Positions 29,484 to 41,829 of a stretch of DNA of 64,000 nucleotides are shown here, in pieces. The notes under the pieces are model-generated. The model was not told the DNA's origin, made no database searches, and worked only from the letters and a program-made list of their open reading frames with translations. Source of the stretch: Candidatus Cloacimonadales bacterium (lineage in GTDB: Bacteria; Cloacimonadota; Cloacimonadia; Cloacimonadales; JAFGVF01); assembly GCA_963662585.1 (NCBI GenBank), contig OY759729.1, positions 512,001 through 576,000 of the forward strand. The letters run 5' to 3'. The translations under genes and the position numbers were made by a program. Within the stretch, counting starts at the first letter, position 1. Every line of letters begins with the position of its first letter.

Positions 29484-30380
29484 TTATGGTAATCTCTCTT
29501 TAATACTAGTTATTAATTCGATCAACATATCATTATTTTCGAAGTTTTTGACCATTTTATAAGAATCTGATAGTAATTTTTCAGCATTTTTCTTGGCGAC
29601 TTCCACCCCCATAAGGGCAGAATAGTTAGTTCTGTGCTGAGGTCTTTCTTCCGCTTCGACTCCTAATATTTCTAAGGCTCCGATATCATCTAAAATATCA
29701 TCTATTATTTCATAAGCTAAAGCTAAATTGAGAGCATAATTACCTAGAGTAATCATAACATTTTCTTCAGCACCACATATAGCACAGGCCATATCTGTTG
29801 CTGCTTGTAACAAGGCTCCGCTCTTTTTCAAATGAATATATTTCAATACATTAACTTTGACACTTTTGTTAGCTGATTCTAAATCTACAGTTTGCCCACC
29901 AATCATACCACTGGTGGAAATAGCTTTAGCTAGAATATTAATGCACTGCAAGGCGTGTTCTTTATTTTTAAGTTCGGTTAAAACTTCAAAAGCTTTTGTA
30001 ATCAATGTATCTCCAACTAGAATAGCTGTTGCTGGATTATACTTGATATGATTACTTGCTTTACCGCCTCTTTTTGATGAATTTTCCAAACTTGGAAGGT
30101 CATTATGGACCAATGAGGCGATATGCACCATTTCTAGAGCAACTGCCACTGGCATAATTTTCTCTAGGGATTTGGTACTTTTTCTTCCTTTGAGCATCTC
30201 ATAAACAGCAAATAGCAAGATAGGTCTCAATCGCTTACCTTCTAACAGAAGAGAATATCTAATTGCTTCATTGAGATATTTTTCATTTTTCTCATCTGTA
30301 ATGAAGTAGTTAGCAAGAGCATCATTTACCATTTTTTGTCTAGTTACGAAATGTTTTTGTAGCAGCACAAATTCCTCCAT
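29484..30380 (-). CDS. Polyprenyl synthetase (IspA/GGPPS-like) with altered first Asp-rich motif
   Basis: GKRLRP, AILVGD, GMIGGQTVD, DDILD; first motif reads HNDLPSLE. Confidence 0.85.
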   Translation of the reverse strand: MEEFVLLQKHFVTRQKMVNDALANYFITDEKNEKYLNEAIRYSLLLEGKRLRPILLFAVYEMLKGRKSTKSLEKIMPVAVALEMVHIASLVHNDLPSLENSSKRGGKASNHIKYNPATAILVGDTLITKAFEVLTELKNKEHALQCINILAKAISTSGMIGGQTVDLESANKSVKVNVLKYIHLKKSGALLQAATDMACAICGAEENVMITLGNYALNLALAYEIIDDILDDIGALEILGVEAEERPQHRTNYSALMGVEVAKKNAEKLLSDSYKMVKNFENNDMLIELITSIKERLP

Positions 30381-30426
30381 TCATTATTTATATCATTTAT
30401 AGATAAAACAAAATAAATGTCAAGCA

Positions 30427-32916
30427 TTATTTTTCACTTTGTTCGTTATTATCTTCGATATTTTCTATTTCGTCGTCATCAATCTCTTTTTTAATTTTTG
30501 TAGCATCAAAAACTTTGTCATCTTTTAACAAGCTAATGAGTCTAACACCTTGGGTATTTCTACCTATGGAAGAGATTGAATCACCTGATTGTCTAATTAT
30601 CATACCACCACGAGTTGTAATCATGAGATCATCATCATCTGTGAGATGTAACAGTTTAACTAAGTAGCCGTTTCTCATAGTTGTTTTAAGAGTAATAAAA
30701 CCTTTAGTACCTCTATTAGTTACTTTATATTGTGATAAATCTGTTCTTTTACCATAACCGTTTTCACTTATTGATAAGACAGTATCTTCAGAGTTTTCAG
30801 CTACAACAATCATAGATACTACAAAATCATCTTCTCTAAGTTTTATACCTGTAACACCTTGGGAGTTTCTTCCAAGAGGACGAGCACTAACTTCTGAGAA
30901 TCTATTACAATAGCCATTATGAGTAGCTAGGATAATATTATTAGTTCCATCAGTTAATTTTGCTTCAAGAAGTTCATCACCATCAACTAACTTAATGGCT
31001 ATGATACCATTAGTACGAGGACGAGAGTAAGCATCTAAAGTAGTTTTCTTCAAGAGACCTTTTTTAGTAGCCATAACAATGTATCTGGTATCATCAAATT
31101 CTCTTACTGCTACGAATGCTTTAATATTTTCATCTTTATCAATATTAACAAGATTAACAATAGCTTTACCACGAGCTTGTCTACCTACTGAAGGAATTTG
31201 ATATACTTTTAGCCAGTAACATTTTCCAAAATCAGTAAAGAAGAGAATATAAGCATGAGTAGAAGCAGTGAAGATATTCTGAATAAAATCAGTCTCTTTT
31301 AAGTTAGAGCCAGAAAGTCCTCTTCCCCCTCTTCCTTGTGATTTATAGAGATCTGTTGGCATTCTTTTGATATAGCCTTCTTTAGTAATAACAACTACAA
31401 CTTCTTCTTCAGGGATTAAGTCTTCCATATCAATTGTAAGTTCACCATCTATAATTTGAGTACGACGAGGGTCAGAATATTTCTCTTTCATTTCTAAAGT
31501 TTCTTCTTTGATAATATTCATCTGTAGTTCTCTATTAGCTAAGATAGCGACTAATTTATCTCTTAAAGCACTTAATTCGTTATATTCATTTTCAATCTTA
31601 TCTCTTTCTAAGCCAGTAAGTTTTTGAAGACGCATATCAAGAATAGCTTTTGCTTGAATTTCACTTAGTCCAAAATTAGCCATAAGATTTTCGCGTGCAC
31701 TTTGAGTATCAGCAGAAGCTCTTATTGTTTTGATAATTGCGTCTATATTATCTAAAGCAATCCTAAGTCCTTCTAGAATATGGAGTCTAGCTTCAGCTTG
31801 AGCTAATTCAAATTGAGTTCTTCTAATAATTACTTTGTGTCGGAAGGCGATAAAGTTCTCGATAAGTGCCTTCATACTATGAACTTCAGGAATACCATCT
31901 TTTAAAGCAAGATTGATAACACCGAAAGTAGATTGTAGTTGTGAGTATGAATAGAGTTTATTTACGACAATGTTTGCATCATAATTCTTTTTAACAACAA
32001 TAACAAGACGCATTCCGTCTCTACCTGATTCATCACGGATATCGCTAATACCTTCTATTCTCTTATCTTTAACTAAACTAGCTATTTTTTCAATAAGCAA
32101 GGTTTTGTTAAGCATATAAGGTATTTCGGAAATAATGATAGATTCTTGTCCTGTTTTTTTATCAGTATGAATATCTGCTTTTCCCCTAATAGTAAGCTTT
32201 CCTCTACCTGTTTCAAAATACTCTTTAATGCCTGAGCGACCAACAACAGAACCACCAGTTGGGAAGTCAGGTCCTGGAATAATCTGCATCAATTCTAGAG
32301 AAGTAATCTCAGGATTATCTACAGTTTCTACAATAGCATCACATACTTCTGCTAAGTTATGAGGAGCCATATTAGTAGCCATACCAACAGCAATACCTGA
32401 AGAACCGTTAATTAAAAGGTTTGGAAGTCTACTAGGAAAAACTTCTGGTTCTTTTCTAGTTTCGTCATAGTTACTTTTAAAGTTAACAGTATCTTTATCT
32501 AAGTCCATCATTAAGTCTATAGCAGTTTTATGTAATCTTGCTTCTGTATAACGCATAGCAGCAGGTGGATCACCATCTATAGAACCGAAGTTACCTTGTC
32601 CGTTAATTAAGGGGTATCTAAGATTCCAATCTTGAGCTAATCTAACTAAAGTTGGGTAAACAACTTGTTCACCATGAGGGTGATAGTTACCTGATGTATC
32701 ACCAGCAATTTTAGCACATTTTCTAAAATGTCCACCAGGAACTAAATTTAGCTCATTCATCGCAAAGAGTATTCTTCGCTGGGAGGGTTTTAAACCATCT
32801 CTCACATCTGGTAAGGCACGAGAGACAATAACACTCATTGAATAGGCCATATATGAAGTTTTTAATTCTTCTTCTATTTGTCTAACAATTATATTTTTAT
32901 CTTTAATTAATTCCAT
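30427..32916 (-). CDS. gyrA: DNA gyrase subunit A
   Basis: RALPDVRDGLKP, AAMRYTE catalytic Tyr, GyrA box QGRGGRG, beta-pinwheel CTD. Confidence 0.97.
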   Translation of the reverse strand: MELIKDKNIIVRQIEEELKTSYMAYSMSVIVSRALPDVRDGLKPSQRRILFAMNELNLVPGGHFRKCAKIAGDTSGNYHPHGEQVVYPTLVRLAQDWNLRYPLINGQGNFGSIDGDPPAAMRYTEARLHKTAIDLMMDLDKDTVNFKSNYDETRKEPEVFPSRLPNLLINGSSGIAVGMATNMAPHNLAEVCDAIVETVDNPEITSLELMQIIPGPDFPTGGSVVGRSGIKEYFETGRGKLTIRGKADIHTDKKTGQESIIISEIPYMLNKTLLIEKIASLVKDKRIEGISDIRDESGRDGMRLVIVVKKNYDANIVVNKLYSYSQLQSTFGVINLALKDGIPEVHSMKALIENFIAFRHKVIIRRTQFELAQAEARLHILEGLRIALDNIDAIIKTIRASADTQSARENLMANFGLSEIQAKAILDMRLQKLTGLERDKIENEYNELSALRDKLVAILANRELQMNIIKEETLEMKEKYSDPRRTQIIDGELTIDMEDLIPEEEVVVVITKEGYIKRMPTDLYKSQGRGGRGLSGSNLKETDFIQNIFTASTHAYILFFTDFGKCYWLKVYQIPSVGRQARGKAIVNLVNIDKDENIKAFVAVREFDDTRYIVMATKKGLLKKTTLDAYSRPRTNGIIAIKLVDGDELLEAKLTDGTNNIILATHNGYCNRFSEVSARPLGRNSQGVTGIKLREDDFVVSMIVVAENSEDTVLSISENGYGKRTDLSQYKVTNRGTKGFITLKTTMRNGYLVKLLHLTDDDDLMITTRGGMIIRQSGDSISSIGRNTQGVRLISLLKDDKVFDATKIKKEIDDDEIENIEDNNEQSEK

Positions 32917-32932
32917 TAATAATTCTCCTTAG

Positions 32933-34843
<1,911 letters not shown>

Positions 34844-35240
34844 TTAGTTGATTTTCAATAAGTTAGAACATCATTAGCACTGATTTTCATCATAAAACCA
34901 GATACTGTTAAATTTGTAATATATCTTGATAAAATTTACAAATCTTCCTTCAAATTAACTAATCCCAATTTATCAAGATTGATCATTTTTGTCAACAGAT
35001 TTTTGACTTTTTTTTATCTTTTTTTTAGAGTGTCATAAAAGCTTGTTTTATCCTCTATTTATCAGGCTTTTAAGCTATTTTTTAGCCTAGTATTTTTACT
35101 AATTTTTACTAGTTTTAATATGGGTATTTATTATAAATAGTTGACAAGAATTAAAGATAGAAAAAATGCTTAAAAAAAAACTTTTATTGACAACTTTTTT
35201 GTATTAATTTTAGATATATAAAAACTAATCGAGGTATAAA

Positions 35241-35456
35241 ATGAGTTATCAAGATGAACTTAGGGAGCAGGCTCAGAAAAGAGCTAAAAGAAATCATAGA
35301 ACAAAGATGATTATGTTAATCGTATTTCTAATTGTAGTATTTTATATTATTCATTTTTTAGGCAAGCAGAGTGAACAAATTGAGACAAAGAAGATTCAGA
35401 TTAAATCCAAAACTACTCAAGAACAAAGCCTACCTAGCACAAATGAAACTAAATAG
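35241..35456 (+). CDS. Small single-pass membrane protein
   Basis: GAGG SD, one hydrophobic helix, first gene of an apparent three-gene operon. Confidence 0.55.
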   Translation: MSYQDELREQAQKRAKRNHRTKMIMLIVFLIVVFYIIHFLGKQSEQIETKKIQIKSKTTQEQSLPSTNETK

Positions 35457-35937
35457 CAAGCTCAAGATATTACTATATTTTATTATAATTGCTTTAAGTA
35501 CTTATGCTGTATCCCTTTGTAGTGAAGAGATAGAACATAATATTGATTTTCAGCATGAAGGGGATTTATGGTTTTTACCATCCGACATGCATGATTCTTT
35601 ATATGTTAAGATTGAGTTTGCCGAATCTAGTTCAGAAATGATGCAGGGCTTGATGTATCGCGAATCTATGAATAAAGATGAAGGTATGCTTTTTATTTAT
35701 CAGTACAATCAAGAAATGAATTTTTGGATGAAGAATACTCACATTCCCCTAGATATGATTTTCATTGATGAGAATGGATTTGTTGTAGATATGCATGAAC
35801 ACGCAGTGGCATTTTCAGAAAAGAACATTTCGAGCACAGTTCTAAGTAGATTTGTCTTAGAAGTCAATGAAGGTTTTTGTGAGAAAAATTATATAATTAT
35901 TGGAGATAAAATTAAATGGCTAAAACACAAAGATTAA
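35443..35937 (+). CDS. DUF192 family protein
   Basis: GLMYRESM..GMLF, FWMKNTHIPLDMIF, VLEVNEG. Confidence 0.9.
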   Translation: MKLNSKLKILLYFIIIALSTYAVSLCSEEIEHNIDFQHEGDLWFLPSDMHDSLYVKIEFAESSSEMMQGLMYRESMNKDEGMLFIYQYNQEMNFWMKNTHIPLDMIFIDENGFVVDMHEHAVAFSEKNISSTVLSRFVLEVNEGFCEKNYIIIGDKIKWLKHKD

Positions 35938-36803
35938 CACTTTATATTGTCAGTATATTTCTTATAATGACATTCTCAGCATGTCAAAAAAGTGAGAAGG
36001 GAAATTCTGCTAATGAAAATATTGATTCCGACACTCTCACTTACCAAGTAGATGATTCTATCGATAAGATAATTGAATCTACTGAAGTTTTTCAAGATAA
36101 TGATTCTCCAATGCTAACTGTTATTATAGATGATTTTGGAAATTATAACAATTTTATGTTGGATTCTTTATTGGTTAAATTTGGTAAATTACCTAAGGAA
36201 GTTTCTTTTGCCATATTACCTAACCTCCCCTACTCCGAATTTGTAATGGAATATTTTCAATATGATGATAGAGAGCTCTTGCTTCATTCACCTTTAGAGC
36301 CTCAAAATAGTAAAATTAATGCTGGTGATGTTGTTATCAAGTGTGAAGATGATGCTATAACAATTATCAATAAATTGAATGATTTTTACGCAAAATTACC
36401 TAATGTTAAAGGATTGAATAATCACATGGGTAGCAAAGCAACAGAAGATGTTGATGTTATGACTACAATACTAGAGTGGTGTCAAGCTAACAATCTCTAT
36501 TTTATTGATTCTGCAACTACTCCTAAGAGTGTAGGATTAAAACTAGCTAGAGAACTTGGAGTTCCAACAGCTAAGCGGGATATTTTTTTAGATGTTCCTA
36601 ATCCTAGCCAGGAGACTGTGAATAATTACCTAGAAAAAATGAAAAAATATTATGATACTAAGCGGAATATCTTAGTTATAACTCATGCTAGTACTCTAGA
36701 AAGAAGAGATAATCTTCAGTATTTTATTGACCAAGCTAAAATTATAGGCTACAGATTGGTTCCTGTTTCTGAATATATCTCACCAGTCCCTAAGCCAATA
36801 TAA
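35916..36803 (+). CDS. Divergent polysaccharide deacetylase (YibQ/DUF610) lipoprotein
   Basis: Lipobox FSAC; VIIDDFG, HSPLEP, GLNNHMGS, FIDSAT, RDIFLD. Confidence 0.88.
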   Translation: MAKTQRLTLYIVSIFLIMTFSACQKSEKGNSANENIDSDTLTYQVDDSIDKIIESTEVFQDNDSPMLTVIIDDFGNYNNFMLDSLLVKFGKLPKEVSFAILPNLPYSEFVMEYFQYDDRELLLHSPLEPQNSKINAGDVVIKCEDDAITIINKLNDFYAKLPNVKGLNNHMGSKATEDVDVMTTILEWCQANNLYFIDSATTPKSVGLKLARELGVPTAKRDIFLDVPNPSQETVNNYLEKMKKYYDTKRNILVITHASTLERRDNLQYFIDQAKIIGYRLVPVSEYISPVPKPI

Positions 36804-37014
36804 GATTCTTAGTATGAATTAATCATCTTTAGCTTGATTGATTACTAGTGTCTTTCAAGCTATCACAATATTCTCTTCCCTTCCTCCTCCTTACTCATTT
36901 CCAATAATATTTGATTACTTATTGCGATGAGTGAGCAGGAGAATCAAGAGAGCAAGGAGCCAGCATCATTAATCTAATAACATTCAACATGTTAAGTGAC
37001 TATTTTCTAGATAT

Positions 37015-38229
37015 TTACAGTCTTTTTTTATCCCTCTTACTAAATTCTAAAGCCAATCCTCCGCCAGATGTTTCTTTGTAGAGAGAAGGAATATCATGAC
37101 CTGTTTGTTTCATAACCCTGACAACTTCATCAAATTTCACGAAATGTGTTCCATCCGAGAATAGGGCATAAATTGAAGCAGACATTGCAGATCTAACAGC
37201 AAAGGCATTTCTTTCTATACAGGGAATCTGAACTAAGCCACAGATTGGATCGCAGGTCAAACCAAGATTATGCTCTAATCCGATTTCAGCAGCATACTCA
37301 ATTTGCTTTATAGAACCCCCCATTAACTGAGTTGCTGCAGCAGCAGCCATAGAACAAGCAGTACCTATCTCTCCCTGACAACCAACTTCAGCACCTGAAA
37401 TTGAAGCATTATATTTTACTAAATTACCTACTAATCCAGCAGTTGCTAGTGCCTTGATAATTTCATCTTCTCTGAGATTCATATCTTCTTGAAGAAAATA
37501 GAGTATGCCTGGTAAAACACCTGATGAACCACAGGTAGGAGCTGTAACTACTTTTCCTGCAGAGGCATTTTCTTCAGCAACTGCAAGTGCATAGGCATAT
37601 AAAAAACCTGATTGTTTATACTGCTTTCCCATAATTTGAGCTTTTCTATGATATTGATATGCTTTACGAGCAACACCTAATCCTCCAGGTAAAACCCCTT
37701 CAGTAATAAGTCCCTTCTCTACAGATTGCCTCATAATATGCCAAACTTTTAAGAGATGTTCTTTTAGACTATTATCTTCATTTTCAAAAACATACTCCCA
37801 AAATGATTTTCCTGCTTTTAAGCAATAGGCAATAATATCATCCATTTGATTAAAAGGATAGAATGATTCATACTTAATAATCTCACCTTCATATTGCAAA
37901 GCACCACCCCCGATGCTATAAACAATTTCTTCCTTAAGAAGTTTTCCATCAGTATCATAAGCTTGAAACTTCAATCCATTGGGATGCTGAGGTAGAAATT
38001 CTTGAGGAAACCATAATATCTCATATTCTATTGGTTCTAATATAGCAATAATTGCTTTATCTGTGAGATGGCCTTTACCTGTTGCTGCTAAACTCCCATA
38101 TAGGGTGACGATTATTTTGGCTGCTCCAATGTTTGCCTCTTTAAATCTAAGTGCGGCATTACTTGGTCCCATAGTATGACTACTCGAAGGTCCATAACCT
38201 ATTTTATATAAATTTTTTAATGAATCCAT
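37015..38229 (-). CDS. sdaA: L-serine ammonia-lyase, Fe-S dependent, single chain
   Basis: IGYGPSSSHT, VTAPTCG, GAEVGCQGE, GLTCDP, QIPCIERN, YKETS. Confidence 0.95.
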   Translation of the reverse strand: MDSLKNLYKIGYGPSSSHTMGPSNAALRFKEANIGAAKIIVTLYGSLAATGKGHLTDKAIIAILEPIEYEILWFPQEFLPQHPNGLKFQAYDTDGKLLKEEIVYSIGGGALQYEGEIIKYESFYPFNQMDDIIAYCLKAGKSFWEYVFENEDNSLKEHLLKVWHIMRQSVEKGLITEGVLPGGLGVARKAYQYHRKAQIMGKQYKQSGFLYAYALAVAEENASAGKVVTAPTCGSSGVLPGILYFLQEDMNLREDEIIKALATAGLVGNLVKYNASISGAEVGCQGEIGTACSMAAAAATQLMGGSIKQIEYAAEIGLEHNLGLTCDPICGLVQIPCIERNAFAVRSAMSASIYALFSDGTHFVKFDEVVRVMKQTGHDIPSLYKETSGGGLALEFSKRDKKRL

Positions 38230-38374
38230 TATCTTTCCTTTTCTTGGGTATATGATTTAATATTTAACTTAAGGCATGTATAAGTTTAGTGCAAAAACTG
38301 ACTCTCTAGTAAATTAGTCAATGAAAATCGCTTCACTTGATTTAGCAGGAAGATTTTATATGTTGAAATAATAC

Positions 38375-38407
38375 AAAAAAAAAGAGCTAAGAATATTCTT
38401 AGCTCTT
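38375..38407 (-). terminator. Terminator after secF
   Basis: AAGAGCTAAGAATATTCTTAGCTCTT palindrome followed by a T tract on the minus strand. Confidence 0.75.
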
Positions 38408-38445
38408 CATATTTTATAAGTTATGATCTAATATTAAATCACAAA

Positions 38446-39438
38446 TTAGTTCTTTTTTAAGATTCTGCTAAACACATTTGAATCATTGTGTTTTGAGTGG
38501 AAATAGTCAAGCACTATAGGACTTGCAACAAATATTGATGAATAAGTACCGATTATTGTACCGAGAATAATTGCTAAAGCAAAATCTCTAATAACGATAC
38601 CTGCGAACACATAAAGTGAAACAGCAGCAATCAATGTTGTTAACGAAGTAATAATAGTTCTACTGATTGTCCGGTTAATAGCAATATTGAAAACACTGTC
38701 TAAATCCTGACCAGTCTTACGCTTTCTCATATCTTCTCTAATTCTATCAAATACCACAATAGTATCATTAATAGAATAACCCACGATTGATAAAATAGCA
38801 GCAATAATTGCAGCAGAAACATCTAATCCGAAGATACTAAATACACCAAGAACAATTATAACATCATGGAAAAGAGCGATAATAGCTGCAATACCAAAAT
38901 TGAACTGGAATCTAATACCGATATAGATAACCATTAAAATTAAAGCAATGATAACTGAGTTAAATGCTTTACCTTTAAGTTCTTTACCAATAGAACCAGA
39001 AACAACTTCAATATTAGTTGCTCTTTCATCGACTTTATAATTTTTAATGTTAGTAGTAATAGCGTTTAAGATATCTGATTGACCTAAACCTTCATCACTC
39101 CCTTCAATTTGTTCAGCTTCTCTTGTTTTGATTAAGAAAAGAGCTGATTTTACATTCTTACTTGTATTTTCTTCATCACCATCAATTTTATAAGTAAGCT
39201 TTTGAATTACAGCATCAGTGATGCCATCATTTTCTAAAGCAAGTCTGATTTCATCAACACTAATAGGATCTGAATCAGGATTAATAGGGTCAATTTTGAC
39301 CATAATCTGTTGTCCACCTGTAAAATCAATACTCCAATTTGGACCTTTAATAAGTAAGGCAGCAATACTTATAATAACTAATATGGTTGAAATAATATAT
39401 GTTATTTTACGGTTATATATAAAGTTAAATTTTTCCAT
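38446..39438 (-). CDS. secF: Protein translocase subunit SecF
   Basis: IDFTGG, ALFHD, GYSINDTIVVFDRIRE, RTIITSLTT, GTYSSIF. Confidence 0.95.
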   Translation of the reverse strand: MEKFNFIYNRKITYIISTILVIISIAALLIKGPNWSIDFTGGQQIMVKIDPINPDSDPISVDEIRLALENDGITDAVIQKLTYKIDGDEENTSKNVKSALFLIKTREAEQIEGSDEGLGQSDILNAITTNIKNYKVDERATNIEVVSGSIGKELKGKAFNSVIIALILMVIYIGIRFQFNFGIAAIIALFHDVIIVLGVFSIFGLDVSAAIIAAILSIVGYSINDTIVVFDRIREDMRKRKTGQDLDSVFNIAINRTISRTIITSLTTLIAAVSLYVFAGIVIRDFALAIILGTIIGTYSSIFVASPIVLDYFHSKHNDSNVFSRILKKN

Positions 39439-39449
39439 TTATTTCTCCC

Positions 39450-41009
39450 TTAGATACTAAGTTTCTCTTTTTTCTTACCAATGATAAAGGTATTGAACAT
39501 AGATTTCACTAAAATAATTGCAGAGAACATAGAACCAATAATACCTATCATTAAGGTAACAGCAAATCCTCTAATAGCTCCACTACCGAAACTATAAAGA
39601 ACAACTGCAGCGATTAAAGTTGTAATGTTTGCATCTGTAATTGTGATAACAGCTCTGTCAAAACCTGCTTCAATAGCAGAATTAACAGATTTGCCTAATT
39701 TTAATTCTTCTTTAATTCTTTCAAATATAAGTACATTAGCATCAACAGCCATACCTATAGTAAGAATAATACCAGCAATACCAGGCATTGTTAAGGCTGC
39801 ACCAAACATAGTTAGCATACCTAAAATGAATAATATATTAAAAATCAAGGCAATATTTGCATAAATACCAGAAACTTTATAATATACAAGCATGAATATA
39901 AAGATAACTGCTAAGCCAATAATACCAGCTAACTTACCTTTTTCAATACTATCTTTACCTAGTGAAGGACCTACTGTGCTTTCTTGAGCAATTTTTAAAG
40001 GAGCTTTTAAAGAACCATTATTAAGAATATTAGTAAGATCTTCTGCTTCTGTTACTGAAAAACTTCCAGTAATAACAGCTCTTCCACCAGGGATTCTTCC
40101 TTGGATATTTGGAGCTGAGTAGACAACATTATCTAAAACGATAGCTAACTGTCTACCTACATTATCACCAGTTACTTTAGCAAATAAGTCAGCACCAGTT
40201 CTATCAAACTCTAAATTAATTTCAGGTGAATTTGAACTTTTAAGTTGTGATGAAGAAGCTGTATCAAATCTCCAACTTGCTTCTTTAAGAACTGAACCAT
40301 CTAATTCAGCTTTTGAACTAAGAATAACAAAAGGAACTCCACGAGCTGCTTTCATTTCATCGTTAGCTTTCATTAAAGCTAATTGGTGATTACCTGATAA
40401 TACTCTTTGTTGAGCAAATAATGAGTCTGTGTAAGGTCTTAAAAATTCTAAGAATTCAGGACGAACAAATCCATTGGTAGCCATAAAAGTAGAGAAAGGT
40501 TTTTTAACCTGTTCTTCTGTAGGATCAGGAATATTTGCTTTTTCACTGATAGCTTTGATTTGAGCAATTTTTTTAGCAAAATACTTATCGATTTCACCAA
40601 CTGCTCTGTCACTTCTAAATCCATTAGCTACTAATTTGAATTCTAAAAGAGCTGTTTGACCAAGAAGTTTTTTTGCTCTTGCTGGGTCTTTGATACCAGG
40701 CAATTGCACAATAATCTGTTTAGTTCCTTTCTTTTGGATAACCGGTTCTGTAAGACCGAATTTATCCACACGGTTACGAATAACTTCAATATTTGAATCT
40801 AAAGCTTTCTCAATTTCTGATGTTCCAGTTAATTCAGAAGTATCTACTTCTAAAACAAAATATGAACCACCGGCTAAATCTAACCCTAAGTTTAATTTCT
40901 TATCGGCGAAATTTAGAGGTGAGCCATTATCGAACATCACATATACAAAATATGCAGTAGCAATTAAAAAAAATGCTATCAAGATTCTGTTAAATGTTGA
41001 ATTTCTCAT
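39450..41009 (-). CDS. secD: Protein translocase subunit SecD
   Basis: LGLDLAGG, IVQLPG, VGPSLG, GMAVDANVLIFERIKEE, DANITT. Confidence 0.95.
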   Translation of the reverse strand: MRNSTFNRILIAFFLIATAYFVYVMFDNGSPLNFADKKLNLGLDLAGGSYFVLEVDTSELTGTSEIEKALDSNIEVIRNRVDKFGLTEPVIQKKGTKQIIVQLPGIKDPARAKKLLGQTALLEFKLVANGFRSDRAVGEIDKYFAKKIAQIKAISEKANIPDPTEEQVKKPFSTFMATNGFVRPEFLEFLRPYTDSLFAQQRVLSGNHQLALMKANDEMKAARGVPFVILSSKAELDGSVLKEASWRFDTASSSQLKSSNSPEINLEFDRTGADLFAKVTGDNVGRQLAIVLDNVVYSAPNIQGRIPGGRAVITGSFSVTEAEDLTNILNNGSLKAPLKIAQESTVGPSLGKDSIEKGKLAGIIGLAVIFIFMLVYYKVSGIYANIALIFNILFILGMLTMFGAALTMPGIAGIILTIGMAVDANVLIFERIKEELKLGKSVNSAIEAGFDRAVITITDANITTLIAAVVLYSFGSGAIRGFAVTLMIGIIGSMFSAIILVKSMFNTFIIGKKKEKLSI

Positions 41010-41199
41010 CGATAACTCCCTCATGTATTAATAAAATTTTATTTATCATTTTTTTAAAAATCAATACAATATCTTATTGTCGTGTTAATAAGTCAAGTAT
41101 TTTAATTTATTTCTCATTTTTTTATTTATCTAAATTATTCCTTATAATAAATTGTTGCACAACTTTCTTATTTCTTTACAAAAAGCCTAGTAATCTTTA

Positions 41200-41505
41200 C
41201 TAGTCTTGGTTTTTATTGGTAAAACCTATTGCTTTATTTGTTTCAGGTAGGCCTTTTATTACAATTTCACCATACTGCTTTTCATAATTTTCAATATTAG
41301 TTTTTAGTGAATTCAAGAATTGTTTAGCATGTTGAGGTGTTTTAATAATTCTACTTAGGATTTTAGCATCCTGTAAGCCTGGTAACATCCTTCCAAAATC
41401 TATAATAAATTCAGATTGGTTATGAGAAATTACTACTAAATTTGAATAGACCCCTTCCCCAACCTTTTCATCTAACTTTAAGTTAATTTGTTTCTTATTT
41501 TGCAT
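41200..41505 (-). CDS. DUF3467 family protein
   Basis: GVYSNLVVISH..EFIIDF, SRII.TPQHAK, YEKQYG. Confidence 0.85.
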   Translation of the reverse strand: MQNKKQINLKLDEKVGEGVYSNLVVISHNQSEFIIDFGRMLPGLQDAKILSRIIKTPQHAKQFLNSLKTNIENYEKQYGEIVIKGLPETNKAIGFTNKNQD

Positions 41506-41577
41506 TCCTTCTCCTCTCAAAATTTTCAATTTTCAAATTATACAAAATCTTTATAAACTGTCAATATTTTTTATTAA

Positions 41578-41829
41578 TTACTTATCTTTTTGTCTTTTTT
41601 TACCTTCAAGAAAGACTATTTCATATATATTTTTTAAGTAACCGTAATCTAATTTATAGCTAGAAGCTAAGCTCTTTAAGCTCTCTGTTATCTCCTGCTC
41701 CCTTCCTTTGTCTTCAATCTTTAGCTTATATTGCTTAGATTCTAAAGCTAGATCCATTCTTTTACTAAGTAGTCTAACTATCTCTCTATCAATTTCATCA
41801 ATCTCTTTTCTAATTCTTTCTAGACTCAT
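41578..41829 (-). CDS. Monofunctional chorismate mutase (AroQ type)
   Basis: LERIRKEIDEIDREIVRLLSKR..K..D..RE; last gene of the aro operon. Confidence 0.85.
   Translation of the reverse strand: MSLERIRKEIDEIDREIVRLLSKRMDLALESKQYKLKIEDKGREQEITESLKSLASSYKLDYGYLKNIYEIVFLEGKKRQKDK

Noticed and set aside
34844..35240. Replication origin upstream of gyrB
   Set aside because: AT-rich, but no cluster of TTATCCACA DnaA boxes and no dnaA/dnaN nearby.
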